A stretch of DNA of 64,000 bases from an uncultured delta proteobacterium (lineage in GTDB: Bacteria > Desulfobacterota > Binatia > UBA9968). The notes under the pieces are model-generated. The model did no database searches. It was not told the DNA's origin and saw only the letters and a list, made by a program, of their open reading frames with translations. This document shows, piece by piece, positions 31,511 to 41,840 of the stretch. A program made the translations under genes and the position numbers. The DNA lies in assembly GCA_963840855.1 (NCBI GenBank), contig CAWJBB010000079.1:64001-128000 (forward strand). The letters are read 5' to 3'. The first letter of the stretch is position 1; each line of letters begins with the position of its first letter.

Positions 31511-31559
31511 GGGCCAAGCCGGGGGTTTGAATTCATCTTCAGGCACCGCGTAACAGCTC

Positions 31560-32795
31560 ATGACGCAAAAAATCCATCGCCGGCAATTCAATAAAATTCT
31601 CATCACGGCGGGCGCCGCGACGGCACTGGCACCGTTCAATATCGTCCGGGCGCAAACCGGGAAGCTCAAAGTCGGCGTTTTGCTTCCGAAGTCAGGTTTT
31701 CAGGGACTCATCGGCCAGTCGTGCCAGCAGGGCGCGGACCTGGCGCCCGCCGTGATCAAAGACCTGCTCGGCGTGAATATTGAGTTGATGAACGCCGACA
31801 CGGAATCCAACGTCGATACCGCGCGCACCCGCGCCGAGCGGCTGATACAAGAGGGGGCGCACTGCCTGGTCGGCCCGTTCGACTCCGGCGCCGCTGCGGC
31901 CATCGCCCAGGTCGCCGAGCAGCGCGGCGTTCCCTTTGTAATCAACATCGCCGCCGCGCCGCAAATCACCGAGCAGGGCTATAAATTCGTCTTTCGCAAT
32001 TTCCCCGTTGCCGCCGAACTGGTGCGCAATGGCCTCGCGCTGATCAACGATTTATTCGCGGCCACCAAAACAACGCCGCGCACAGCGGTGTTCATGCATG
32101 TCAACGATACTTTTGGCCAAGCCACCGCGAAGGCCATCGACCTGCTCCTGCCGCAGCTCAATCTGCCGTTCAAACTCGTGGAGACGATCTCCTACGACCC
32201 GGCCGCTAAGGACTTGACGGTAGAGGTTTCGAAAGCCAAGGCGACGAGGGCGGACTTTCTGCTTTTGGTCAGCCGGCTGAATGACGCCATTGCGCTGCGC
32301 CGTGAGATCGTCAAGCAACGCTGGAACATCATGGGCATCATCAGCCCAGGCTCACCCGGCATGTACGAAAACCAGTTCTATAAGACCCTCGGCAAACTCT
32401 CCGAGCATTGCATCTCCAACGTGCCGTGGTATGACCCGAAAACCGCCCTGGCGAAGGCGGTGGAAGGGGCCCTTAAAAAGCACAATGCCAAAGACCAACT
32501 CAGGTTTCACGCGCTCAACGTCGGCTATACCTTCGAGGCGATCCTGGTCGTTGCCGACGCCTTCAAGCGCGCGGGCTCGACTGAAGCCAAGACGCTGACT
32601 GAAGCCATTCGCCTCACCGAGATCAAAAATCGCATGATGTTCGGTGGCGCGATCAAGTTCAACGCCAAAGGACAGGTCGAGGGCAACCTTTCGGCCTGCA
32701 TCCAGAATCAAGGACAAAAACCTGTCGTCGTCTTGCCCACGCCGGCCGCCGAAGCCAAGCCGATATTTCCTTGGGGCGAGTACAGGAGAGCTTAA
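31560..32795 (+). CDS. branched-chain amino acid ABC transporter substrate-binding protein (Tat signal)
   Basis: HRRQFNK twin-arginine motif, KVGVLLPKSG, VGPFDS, ITEQGY..FR. Confidence 0.9.
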   Translation: MTQKIHRRQFNKILITAGAATALAPFNIVRAQTGKLKVGVLLPKSGFQGLIGQSCQQGADLAPAVIKDLLGVNIELMNADTESNVDTARTRAERLIQEGAHCLVGPFDSGAAAAIAQVAEQRGVPFVINIAAAPQITEQGYKFVFRNFPVAAELVRNGLALINDLFAATKTTPRTAVFMHVNDTFGQATAKAIDLLLPQLNLPFKLVETISYDPAAKDLTVEVSKAKATRADFLLLVSRLNDAIALRREIVKQRWNIMGIISPGSPGMYENQFYKTLGKLSEHCISNVPWYDPKTALAKAVEGALKKHNAKDQLRFHALNVGYTFEAILVVADAFKRAGSTEAKTLTEAIRLTEIKNRMMFGGAIKFNAKGQVEGNLSACIQNQGQKPVVVLPTPAAEAKPIFPWGEYRRA

Positions 32796-32797
32796 AT

Positions 32798-32960
32798 CGT
32801 TCAACGTTCAATGTTCAATGTTCAACGTCCCCACCTCCCGACCTTAAAACTGGAACGCGTGCGTCGACACGCTCAGGACGTGGTAAGCCCGTCGCATCAC
32901 GAAGCCTTGGATTGCGCCGAAGGCGCCCACTTTGAACTTTGAACGTTGAACTTTGAACCG
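32798..32960. repeat. heptamer-array palindrome with about 100 bp spacer
   Basis: CGTTCAA CGTTCAA TGTTCAA TGTTCAA ... TTTGAAC TTTGAAC GTTGAAC TTTGAAC. Confidence 0.85.
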
Positions 32961-33002
32961 ACGTGTTCAGCACGACAGGCTGTCGATTCCGACCAAGGGG
33001 GG

Positions 33003-33878
33003 ATGTTCATAGACTTCATCGTCCTCGCCAACGTGACCGTTTCCGGTGTGCTCACCGGACTGGTCTATGGCTTGATGGCCCTCGGTCTATCGGTGATCTT
33101 CGGCGTGGCCCGCGTGGTGAACTTCGCCCACGGCGAGCTGATGGCTGTCTCGATGTACGCGGCGGTGCTGTCGTTCGCGGCCCTCGGTGTCGATCCTTTT
33201 CTCCTCGCGGCGCCGGTGGCGGTGTTGTTCTTTGTTTTCGGTTACGTTCTTCAGTCAACCGTGATTCAGCCCTTTATCACGCGTCCCGATCATGCCCAGT
33301 TCATACTGCTGCTGGCCGTCGCTATCATCATCACCAATTCTCTTCTGATCGTTTTCGGTCCCGACGCGCGCAGCGTGCGTCTCGACTATCTGCTCGAGTC
33401 CATTGAATTGGGACCGTTGTTGATCGACCGCGGAAAGCTCTACGCCGCCCTCGTCGCTTGCGGCGCCGCGGCGGCGCTGTTCGCCTTTTTTCGCTTGACC
33501 CTCACGGGCGCGGCCATCCGCGCCTGCGCCGATAGCTGGCTCGGGGCAAAGGTGACCGGCTTGAACGTGAAACAGCTATACGCGCTGACTTTCGGCCTGG
33601 GAACGGCCTGCGTCGCAGTGGCCGGTTGTATGATGATCTTGCTCGTGGACCTGACGCCGGGACTCGGCCCGGCCTATACGCTTCTCGCCTTCGTGATCGT
33701 CATCGTCGGCGGACTCGGTTCCATGAATGGCGCCCTCGTGGGCGGCGTGCTCATCGGCGTGTCCGAGGCGCTCGCGGGCCTGTTGCTCGCGCCTTCGGCG
33801 AAGAGCATGTTCAGCTTCGCGTTACTCATTATGGTGCTGCTCTTGCGGCCGCGCGGCCTACTGGGCGGGAAATTGTGA
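33003..33878 (+). CDS. livH: branched-chain amino acid ABC permease
   Basis: YGLMALGLSVIFG..VNFAHG, IVGGLGS, RPRGL. Confidence 0.9.
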   Translation: MFIDFIVLANVTVSGVLTGLVYGLMALGLSVIFGVARVVNFAHGELMAVSMYAAVLSFAALGVDPFLLAAPVAVLFFVFGYVLQSTVIQPFITRPDHAQFILLLAVAIIITNSLLIVFGPDARSVRLDYLLESIELGPLLIDRGKLYAALVACGAAAALFAFFRLTLTGAAIRACADSWLGAKVTGLNVKQLYALTFGLGTACVAVAGCMMILLVDLTPGLGPAYTLLAFVIVIVGGLGSMNGALVGGVLIGVSEALAGLLLAPSAKSMFSFALLIMVLLLRPRGLLGGKL

Positions 33879-34846
33879 ACCCGCGCGCCGCTTCTCTGCT
33901 CGCCGCGCTGGGCGCGCTCCTGCTTGTATTCCCATTTTTCGCGGACAGTTATCTCCTATCGCTAGCGACACTGATCCTCTACCTCGCCTACACCGGCCAA
34001 GCGTGGAACCTCATGATGGGATTTGCCGGGCAACTTTCTCTCGGACACGCGCTTTATCTCGGCGTCGGCGCTTACGGCGCCGCGGCGCTGTACCATCATT
34101 TTGGCATCGGTCCCTGGGCGGGAATGTGGCTCGCCATCGGCCTTTGCGTGTTGTTAGCGGCGAGTCTTGGTTTTCTCGCTTTCAGGTATGGCATCTCGGG
34201 CGTCTATTTTACCTTGCTCACGATCGCCTTCGCCGAGTTCGCGCGCATCGGCTTTGACCACTTCAACTGGGTCGGCGGCTCGGGCGGGCTGTTTCTCAAA
34301 GTGGCGCAGCGCGACCAGATAGATGTTTTTAATTTGCGCGGCACGCCGGTAATGTTCTACTACGTCATGCTTGCCCTCGCGGCCGGCGCCTTCGCGTTTT
34401 GCGCATGGTGTCTGCGCAGCCGGCCCGGTTATTATTGGCGCGCGATCCGTGAAAACGAAGAAGCGGCCGAGGCCCTCGGCATTGACGCTTTGCGCTGGAA
34501 AATGTTCGCGATCATCGGCAGCGCAGCCATGACGGCTCTGGCCGGTGTGTTCTGGGCGTTTTACTACAACAACTTATTCCCGGAACAGATATTTAATATC
34601 GGTCGCTCCATCGAAATCATCCTTGGCCCGATCATCGGCGGCATCGGCACTCTAGCAGGCCCAATCCTCGGCGCGGCGTTGTTGACCTTGATCGCCGACG
34701 GAGCCACGGAGTTGGTCACTGCGCTCGGTTGGGACGTTCCAGGCGTGAAACAGTTGATATACGGCATCATCTTGTTTGCGGTGGTAGTGTTTCTGCCGCA
34801 AGGTATCTGGCCGCCGCTGGCGCGGAAACTGAATCTTTCCAAATGA
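33875..34846 (+). CDS. livM: branched-chain amino acid ABC permease
   Basis: WNLMMGFAGQLSLGH, YFTLLT, AIRENEEAA..GI, GGIGTLAGP; GTGA overlap with livH. Confidence 0.9.
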   Translation: MNPRAASLLAALGALLLVFPFFADSYLLSLATLILYLAYTGQAWNLMMGFAGQLSLGHALYLGVGAYGAAALYHHFGIGPWAGMWLAIGLCVLLAASLGFLAFRYGISGVYFTLLTIAFAEFARIGFDHFNWVGGSGGLFLKVAQRDQIDVFNLRGTPVMFYYVMLALAAGAFAFCAWCLRSRPGYYWRAIRENEEAAEALGIDALRWKMFAIIGSAAMTALAGVFWAFYYNNLFPEQIFNIGRSIEIILGPIIGGIGTLAGPILGAALLTLIADGATELVTALGWDVPGVKQLIYGIILFAVVVFLPQGIWPPLARKLNLSK

Positions 34847-35571
34847 GCGCCTTATTACAACTTCACAATGTCAGCAAGTCGTTCCGCGGGCTCAGCGCGG
34901 TCACCAGCGTCTCATTGGCGGTGGAGCCAGGAGCCATCGTCGCGCTCATCGGCCCCAACGGCGCCGGGAAAACGACGCTTTTCAACTTGGTGGCGGGAGC
35001 CCTTCGGCCGGATTCGGGGGAAATTCATTTCAATGGCGCGCGCATCGACGGCCTGCGGCCGGATCAAGTGTGCGGCGCGGGCATCGGCCGGACGTTTCAG
35101 ATCGTCAAACCGTTCGCCGGGCTTTCGGTGCTCGACAACGTCGTGGTGGGAGCTCTCAAGCGCGCCTCCGGTGTTGCGGAAGCGAAGCGGCACGGCGCAA
35201 ATATTATCGCGCAGCTAGGACTACGCCCGAAAGGCGATTTGCCTGCGTCCGCGCTTACCTTACCCGACCAAAAGCGCCTCGAGGTCGCGCGCGCCCTCGC
35301 GACTCGGCCGAAGCTACTGCTCCTTGATGAAGTGATGGCGGGCCTGCGTCCCACCGAATGCGACGAAATGGTCGCGCTGTTTCGCGAGATCAATCGACGG
35401 GAAGGACTGACCATCCTGCTCGTCGAGCACGTCATGCGGGCTATTATGGCGCTCGCGCACAGCGTCCTGGTGTTGCACCACGGCGAAGTCATTGCTCAGG
35501 ACGCACCGGCGCAGGTGGTGCGAAACCCCGCGGTGCTCGATTGTTATCTCGGCGAGGATACGGAGCTGTGA
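34843..35571 (+). CDS. livG: branched-chain amino acid ABC ATP-binding protein
   Basis: GPNGAGKT, GIGRTFQ, LLLDE, VEH, CYLG. Confidence 0.92.
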   Translation: MSALLQLHNVSKSFRGLSAVTSVSLAVEPGAIVALIGPNGAGKTTLFNLVAGALRPDSGEIHFNGARIDGLRPDQVCGAGIGRTFQIVKPFAGLSVLDNVVVGALKRASGVAEAKRHGANIIAQLGLRPKGDLPASALTLPDQKRLEVARALATRPKLLLLDEVMAGLRPTECDEMVALFREINRREGLTILLVEHVMRAIMALAHSVLVLHHGEVIAQDAPAQVVRNPAVLDCYLGEDTEL

Positions 35572-36281
35572 GGACGCTGCTCGAAGTCCGCGATCTCGAT
35601 CTGTATTACGGTGACGCCCAGGCGCTGGCCGGCGTCTCGCTGGAAATACCCGACGGCAAGATCGTCGCCATTGTCGGCGCCAATGGCGCCGGCAAGACTT
35701 CCTTGATACGCGCCATCGCCGGCATCGAACGGCCCCGCGCAGGCGAGATTCGCTTTGCCGGACGCGAAATATCGGGTCTCGAGTCGCATGAAATCTGTAA
35801 TCTGGGAATCGGCCAAGTCGCCGAGGGACGGCAGATTTTTTCCAGTTTGACAGTGGCGGAGAACCTCAAGTTGGGCGCCGCACTGCCGCGCGCCCGCGCC
35901 AAATCGATGGAGACGATGGACGAAGTATTGGCCCTCTTTCCGCGGCTCCGAGAACGGCGAAAGCAGATCGCCGGCACGCTCTCCGGCGGCGAGCAGCAGA
36001 TGCTCGCCATCGGCCGCTGCCTGATGAGCCGCCCCGCGCTTATCATGTTCGACGAACCCTCCCTGGGACTCGCGCCCACCGTCGTGCGTGAAGTGCTGCG
36101 CGCGATTCGAGCGCTAAACGAGACTGGCATAACCATTCTCATGGTCGAACAAAACGTCGCCGTATCGCTCAAGCTCTCCGAGCGCGCCTACGTACTGGAA
36201 ACTGGCCGCATCGTGATGTCCGGCTCGGGGCACGAGCTTCTAAACGATCTCCGGGTGCGGCAAGCGTATCTGGGATTGTAA
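35568..36281 (+). CDS. livF: branched-chain amino acid ABC ATP-binding protein
   Basis: GANGAGKT, TLSGGEQQML, FDEPSLGLAP, VEQN. Confidence 0.92.
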   Translation: MRTLLEVRDLDLYYGDAQALAGVSLEIPDGKIVAIVGANGAGKTSLIRAIAGIERPRAGEIRFAGREISGLESHEICNLGIGQVAEGRQIFSSLTVAENLKLGAALPRARAKSMETMDEVLALFPRLRERRKQIAGTLSGGEQQMLAIGRCLMSRPALIMFDEPSLGLAPTVVREVLRAIRALNETGITILMVEQNVAVSLKLSERAYVLETGRIVMSGSGHELLNDLRVRQAYLGL

Positions 36282-36333
36282 GCTTTACTGCGCCAGCATC
36301 TTCGCTCCGATGTCGGCAGTTTCTAGGCAGAGA

Positions 36334-37938
36334 TCAGGAATGAAATCTCCAACGTGGTAATTCTCCGCCCTGCTTTGTCGTCTCCGAAAAGTCACGCGGG
36401 GCGGCCCCGCGCCGGCGTAGTTTTCTGAGTGCAATCGTTTCGATCTGGCGAATTCTTTCGCGCGTGATGCCGAAGACCTTGCCGGTTTCTTCGAGCGTAT
36501 AGTTCATCTTTTCTCTGATGCCAAACCGCATGCGGATAATTTTTTCCTCGCGCGGGCTGAGCTTTTGTAGAATTCTGTGTATCTCTTCCCGGCACCGAAT
36601 ATCAATCAGCAGTGACTCCGGATCGGGCGTGCGCTCATCCTTGATCACATCGCCCAAACATTTACCGGGATCATCGGCCAAAGGTGTTTCGAGAGAGACG
36701 GGTTCTTTGACTAGATTCAGAACCGTCTGCACCTTTGCCGCGGGGATCGCCATATACGTGGCGATTTCATCTTCGTTGGGTCTTCGGCCCAGTTGGCGGC
36801 CGAGGCTAGCGATGGTCTGATTTAGCCTATTTGTCAGCTCGACCATATGGACCGGAATTCGGATCGTGTGCGAATAATCCGAGAGCGACCGGGTAACCGC
36901 CTGGCGGACCCACCAGCTGGCATACGTCGAGAATCGAAAACCCAGCTGGTAGTTGAATTTATCCACCGCTTTCATCAGTCCGACATTGCCTTCCTGGATG
37001 AGATCCAGATAAGAAAGGCCGCGGCCGCAGTACTTCTTGGCGATGGCGGCGACCAATCGCAGGTTAGCCTGAACAAAATCGTGCTTCGCGACAACAACTT
37101 GGGCTTTTTTTTCTCGGATCGTCCGCACTTTACGCCCCAGTTCCTGAATCGGCATGCCGATCGATTTTTCCAGTGCTTGGATTTCCTTGCGTTGTCTCGG
37201 CTGCGTCCGGAATCTTTCTTCGAGGACCTTCGCCCGCTCGTAGATCGCTTGGTGCTCGTTAATGATATTTTCTATCTGCTGCGGGTTCAGCTCCAGAGCT
37301 TGGATCAGTGCGGCGATCTTTTTCTTCTGGCGGATGATTTTCGTGTCGAGGTGCCTTCGACGGGCGGCACTTGCTGATTTGTCCGAATGCGCCGCGGTGC
37401 GCTGGAAGCTTGCTGCCATGTATCGGAGTTTTCGAACTCCCGCACGAAAGCGCGCTTTCAGCACAAGTTCATCGCCAAAGTGCTCACCCGATGTCTCGAC
37501 CGGAAGTTTGACAACGTCACGCACGCTCACCTGTCCGGCGGCAACTCTTCCGCCCAACTCGATCGTCCATCGCAGCGCCACGAGTGATGAAAGAGCCTCC
37601 TCGGCGATCTCTTGCTCGCCTTCCCCGATCAGCTTCGCCAGTATGATTTCCTTTTCGCGGCTCAAAAGCGGAATCGACCGCACTTCCTGAAGATAACGAG
37701 CGATGGGGTCGATTTTCATAGCGACCAAGTCGCTCTCAACGGCGCTGTCCAGATCTTCAACTTCCAACACTTCTTCCGGCTCCGGATCGGCATCCTCAAC
37801 AATTTCCGATGGAAGAGGATCGTCGGCCAACCAATCTGGGGCATGAAGATGCACCGGGAATTCGGTCTCCGGCGCATTCTCCGGGTCCGCTGGAACCACC
37901 GGGAATCCTCTCGGGCCTTTGCGAGTATCGTCGCTCAT
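36334..37938 (-). CDS. sigma-70 family RNA polymerase sigma factor, RpoD-like paralogue lacking region 1.1
   Basis: Region 1.2 [17 protein letters not shown]; region 2 [24 protein letters not shown]; region 3 PVSLETP; region 4 [15 protein letters not shown]. Confidence 0.92.
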   Translation of the reverse strand: MSDDTRKGPRGFPVVPADPENAPETEFPVHLHAPDWLADDPLPSEIVEDADPEPEEVLEVEDLDSAVESDLVAMKIDPIARYLQEVRSIPLLSREKEIILAKLIGEGEQEIAEEALSSLVALRWTIELGGRVAAGQVSVRDVVKLPVETSGEHFGDELVLKARFRAGVRKLRYMAASFQRTAAHSDKSASAARRRHLDTKIIRQKKKIAALIQALELNPQQIENIINEHQAIYERAKVLEERFRTQPRQRKEIQALEKSIGMPIQELGRKVRTIREKKAQVVVAKHDFVQANLRLVAAIAKKYCGRGLSYLDLIQEGNVGLMKAVDKFNYQLGFRFSTYASWWVRQAVTRSLSDYSHTIRIPVHMVELTNRLNQTIASLGRQLGRRPNEDEIATYMAIPAAKVQTVLNLVKEPVSLETPLADDPGKCLGDVIKDERTPDPESLLIDIRCREEIHRILQKLSPREEKIIRMRFGIREKMNYTLEETGKVFGITRERIRQIETIALRKLRRRGAAPRDFSETTKQGGELPRWRFHS

Positions 37939-38407
37939 CTTTTCACCTTGTTTCGTCAGCTGTCACGCTTTGGCGTGGGTGCGTCGAAACTCCGATCGAC
38001 ATCAGGTAGGCGACCAATCCGGAGACACGAATCCGGCCATCCACAACAGATGTTCGCGCCGGAAAAACCGATGCTGGTCGTGTTTGCTGAATTTTGAGGA
38101 ATGCTTATCAACCACCGTAGGTGGCTTTCCCGGCTTTGTCAATCGCGTCTGGCCTCTCGGTGAGTCGCGAATGACGAAATCCTGGAGAGTGTCGAAGTAT
38201 GGCCGCATCGTCATGTCTGCGAGCTCCAAAACGATGTGCGATGGTCGAATCTCGGCTTTGAACTCCTTTTGCTCAATCCTGCGCATCGAGGAAGATGCGT
38301 TTTTTTGAGGGCGCGATGGTTTGACAGAGGGCGCGCTTCGATGTAGTTCTTGCAAGCGACCGGAGAACCTGCGCCATGTTCGCCGCGGGCGCCAAAGGGA
38401 TGCGACG

Positions 38408-39439
38408 ATGGCAAATCCGCCGCCGAGATACAAAAAACCGAGAGTCTTTGTTCGAGCAGTCGACAGCATAACCTATTCTCTCAACGATGCGCGGCGCCAG
38501 CGTCTGACCGAGATTCCTCGGGTCATCCGGCGAGACTACCGGGAGTTCTTGAACGCAAACCTGGAGCGAGTCGAAGAGAAATCCATCATCAGCCCGGCCA
38601 ACGATCCTTTCATTACCCAGAGTCTCCATACCCACTTTGTGCTCCTGCCGCCTGGCGCCCGCGACAAGGGGCACGGCCACCAGAATGAAGCGTTCATTTA
38701 TTTTCTGCACGGACGCGGCTTCGATATGCATGACGGCATCCGTTACGACTGGGAAGCCGGCGATGCGCTGGCCGTGCACAACGACTCGGTGCACTGGCAT
38801 AATAATCTCGATCCTGAGCAACCGGCGGTGGGCCTCATCATGAAAGCCAAACCCACCTGGCTTTTTTTGGGCCTGCACCAACAAGGGCCGTTGGGAACCA
38901 CCCCGCCTCTCGAAGACACCCGCTGGGGCCCGGCGGTCGACTGTCCGATCATTCGCGCGCCGCAGGACGAAAAGCTAACGAAGGTACTGAAGCCGGCCGA
39001 TACGCCTTGGCAATTGACGCCCCATGGTAAAATTCGCCTGCTCGCGGACGCCGCCGTGCCGCTCCGGGTTAAAGCCATCGATGTGCACCTGCAGGAGATC
39101 CCGGGCGGCAGCCGCTCAGGAAAACAATGGCAAATGGCGGATGAAGTCTTTTACGTTCTAGAAGGACGGGGCTACGATCTCCACTGGGACGTGGAGATGG
39201 AAATAACCGACAAATACTATGCGCGCGTCGCCAAGGAACCCAGCCGCTGGGACTGGCAGGCGGGAGATATGGTTTACATTCCGCATAATAGCATGCACCA
39301 GCACTTTAACGCGGAGCCTTCCCGGCCCGCCCGCCTGATCTCGGCGACCAATCGGCTCTACAAGCTGCTGGGCTACTCGCGCGTGGAACAGCTGGAGAAC
39401 GCGCCGGAATATGCGGAGGTAGCGCCATTAAAACACTAG
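38408..39439 (+). CDS. bicupin protein (gentisate 1,2-dioxygenase-like)
   Basis: N-terminal cupin GHGHQNEA..WEAGD..HWH; C-terminal cupin EVFYVLEG..WQAGD..MHQHFN. Confidence 0.85.
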   Translation: MANPPPRYKKPRVFVRAVDSITYSLNDARRQRLTEIPRVIRRDYREFLNANLERVEEKSIISPANDPFITQSLHTHFVLLPPGARDKGHGHQNEAFIYFLHGRGFDMHDGIRYDWEAGDALAVHNDSVHWHNNLDPEQPAVGLIMKAKPTWLFLGLHQQGPLGTTPPLEDTRWGPAVDCPIIRAPQDEKLTKVLKPADTPWQLTPHGKIRLLADAAVPLRVKAIDVHLQEIPGGSRSGKQWQMADEVFYVLEGRGYDLHWDVEMEITDKYYARVAKEPSRWDWQAGDMVYIPHNSMHQHFNAEPSRPARLISATNRLYKLLGYSRVEQLENAPEYAEVAPLKH

Positions 39440-40542
39440 CCCTTTCTATAGTAGCCGCCTCATGGTTCTTTAGCTTTTCTGTTCTGGCGGCAACGCCAAG
39501 CCAGAGCATTCTTAAAGCGAAAAAAGATGCCGAGGCCAAAGGTTATGTTTTTTACGAAAGCCGCGACGAGATCGTCGCCAAGGCCAAGCAGGAGGGAAAG
39601 CTTCGGGTCCTGGCCGAAATGGAGCCGCCGAACATTAAAGCCTCCATCAAAGCGTTTGCCAAGAAGTATCCGTTCATCAACCTCCACATCGAGGAGATTA
39701 CCGGCACCGACAGCGCGCGGCGCAATATTCTCGAGATAAAGAGTGGCATGGCCAAAGATTGGGATATCCTCCACCTCTCCACCGATTTTTATAACGAGTA
39801 CCTCCCTCATCTATGGAAGGTAGACATCCTGGGAATGGCGGAGCAGGGCGTTCTGCAGATTCCGCCGGCGATGGTCGACCCGAAGCACCGCAACGTCGTC
39901 GGCTTCTACAGCCGCTTTCAGGTTACGGTGTACAATAAGAAACTCTTTGCCGCGGATAAGCTGCCCAAATTCTGGGATGACATCCTCAAGCCGGAATTCA
40001 AAGGCAAAAAATTCGCCGCCGACATCCGTCCGACTGAAATCGCCGCTTTGGTTCCCGCCTGGGGCCTAGAGAAAACTCTCGACTTTGCCCGCAAGGTCGC
40101 CGCGCAGGAACCCATCTGGGTGCGCGGCGGAAGCCGAACCATAACGGCGATTATAGCCGGAGAAATTCCCATGATGATCGGGCCCAACTTCCACACCACC
40201 AAACGGGCCCAGGGAAAAGATGTCACGGGCAATCTGCAGTATGTCGCCCTGGAACCCGTTCCCTTGCGGCTATCTCTCGAGGAAGCAGTGCAGGCCGGCG
40301 CCCAAAACCCCAACGCGGCTCTTCTCTGGCTCGAATGGATGGCGAGCCCCGAAGCGCAGAAGCTGGCCGATGAACACGAGCCTTCAAGCTCGTCGCTCCA
40401 TGTTCGCGGCGGCGCCGTCGAGCAAGAGCTGCGCGGCAAGAAACTTTCCGTTGTCAGCTGGGAGGATCATCAACAGATGGAGCAATGGCAGGCCAAGGTC
40501 GTTGAGGCGTACGGATTTCCCAAGGCAGAAACAAAAAAATAG
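39427..40542 (+). CDS. ABC transporter substrate-binding protein (Fe3+/polyamine-like); apparent ATT start
   Basis: The frame of ORF 39619 is open upstream; GGAGGT at 39415-39420 then ATT AAA ACA at 39427 gives signal peptide (M)KTLALSIVAASWFFSFSVLAA; AKQEGKL motif. Confidence 0.8.
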   Translation: MKTLALSIVAASWFFSFSVLAATPSQSILKAKKDAEAKGYVFYESRDEIVAKAKQEGKLRVLAEMEPPNIKASIKAFAKKYPFINLHIEEITGTDSARRNILEIKSGMAKDWDILHLSTDFYNEYLPHLWKVDILGMAEQGVLQIPPAMVDPKHRNVVGFYSRFQVTVYNKKLFAADKLPKFWDDILKPEFKGKKFAADIRPTEIAALVPAWGLEKTLDFARKVAAQEPIWVRGGSRTITAIIAGEIPMMIGPNFHTTKRAQGKDVTGNLQYVALEPVPLRLSLEEAVQAGAQNPNAALLWLEWMASPEAQKLADEHEPSSSSLHVRGGAVEQELRGKKLSVVSWEDHQQMEQWQAKVVEAYGFPKAETKK

Positions 40543-40586
40543 CAGATTTAACCGCAAAGAATGCAAAGATTGACGGATGTGTCACG

Positions 40587-40680
40587 GGTTCAAGTGAGTT
40601 CAAGCCGTTCAAAACGTTCAAGCCGTTAAAGATTCCGGAAATCGATTTGAACGACTTGAACGATTTAAACATTTTTAATA
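40587..40680. repeat. nonamer-array palindrome (GTTCAA / TTGAAC cores)
   Basis: GGTTCAAGTG AGTTCAAGC CGTTCAAAA CGTTCAAGC CGTTAAA ... ATTTGAACG ACTTGAACG ATTTAAAC. Confidence 0.8.
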
Positions 40681-40700
40681 AGTTTTTGGGAGGAAGATGC

Positions 40701-41264
40701 ATGCCACTCGAAGAATCCAAGCACTGGCGCAAAGGGAATCGTCAGGCGTCATATTACGCTGACGACCTGAAGCGCGCGAAAGAGGAAAAAGAACGGGATG
40801 CGGCCTATCCGAAGGCCGTCAAGCCTGAAGAAATGCCCTGGGAAGATAGTCCGCACGGCCGGCTCAAACATCTCGCGCGCGAGGGCATAAACTCGCGGAT
40901 CAAGGACGTCGATATGTACATGCAAGAGCTGCCGCCGGGAGGCAGTTCCGGCAAACATCGCCATACGGCCGAGGAGCTGATGTTCATTCTCGAAGGGCGG
41001 GGCTACTCGCTCCACTGGGATGTCGACTTTGATTTCGATGAGGCGTACAAGTGGCACACCGCCGAGGAACCCAAACGGTTCGATTGGGAGGAAGGAGATC
41101 TGGTTTATATTCCGGTGAACACCGTGCATCAGCATTTCAATAGCGATCCGGATAAGCCGGCGCGCTTTATTTCGGCCAGCAACCGGATCTATAAAACCCT
41201 CGGATGGGGCGACATCGAGGAGCTTGAAGAAGCGCCGCAGTTTGAAAAGAAATCAGGACTGTAA
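40701..41264 (+). CDS. cupin domain protein
   Basis: SGKHRHTAEE..LEGRG..WEEGD..VHQHFN; GGGAGG RBS. Confidence 0.85.
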   Translation: MPLEESKHWRKGNRQASYYADDLKRAKEEKERDAAYPKAVKPEEMPWEDSPHGRLKHLAREGINSRIKDVDMYMQELPPGGSSGKHRHTAEELMFILEGRGYSLHWDVDFDFDEAYKWHTAEEPKRFDWEEGDLVYIPVNTVHQHFNSDPDKPARFISASNRIYKTLGWGDIEELEEAPQFEKKSGL

Positions 41265-41282
41265 AATCAAGGAGTCACTACA

Positions 41283-41840
41283 GTGGAAAACCAAATCTAT
41301 GACGAAGAACGTTGCTTCGTTCGGGGCATCGGCAGCAAAGGCTACAACCTCAAGCAGGAATTGGCGCGGCTAAGAAGCATGCCGCGGGTGATCAAAGGTT
41401 CGAGTCTGCCGTGGCGCAGCGGGCCTCAGGTATTCCACAAAAACATGATGAATCCGGGGCATGGTTTGATTCAAAGCTTACACTGTTCGCAGGAGGAATT
41501 GGCGCCCGGCGGGCGGTCGCAGAAACATGGCCATCAAAACCCCGCGCTGCTCTACGTCCTGGAGGGTGAGGGTTATGACATCCATGACGGAACGCGCTAC
41601 GACTGGAGCGCCGGTGATCTCGTGCTCGTCACGCCGGGCTGCGTGCATCAGCATTTCAATGCCTTGGAAGATCGTCCAGCGCGGGTGTTGATCATCAAAG
41701 CCAAACCGTTGTACATCTTCATGGGACTTATTCAGCAAGGCTTTGTCGAGAAAGCGCCTAAGCAAGCAATGCCTGGCTGGGAAGACTTTAAGCCGCTGCA
41801 CGGTTCCTTTCTTGAGGAGCGTGAAAAAAACCAAAAATAA
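41283..41840 (+). CDS. cupin domain protein
   Basis: SQKHGHQN..LEGEG..WSAGD..VHQHFN; AAGGAG RBS. Confidence 0.85.
   Translation: MENQIYDEERCFVRGIGSKGYNLKQELARLRSMPRVIKGSSLPWRSGPQVFHKNMMNPGHGLIQSLHCSQEELAPGGRSQKHGHQNPALLYVLEGEGYDIHDGTRYDWSAGDLVLVTPGCVHQHFNALEDRPARVLIIKAKPLYIFMGLIQQGFVEKAPKQAMPGWEDFKPLHGSFLEEREKNQK

Noticed and set aside
38002-38469. 155-aa minus-strand ORF upstream of the sigma factor
   Set aside because: Overlaps the bicupin start, has no clear RBS and no motifs; a shorter real gene cannot be excluded.
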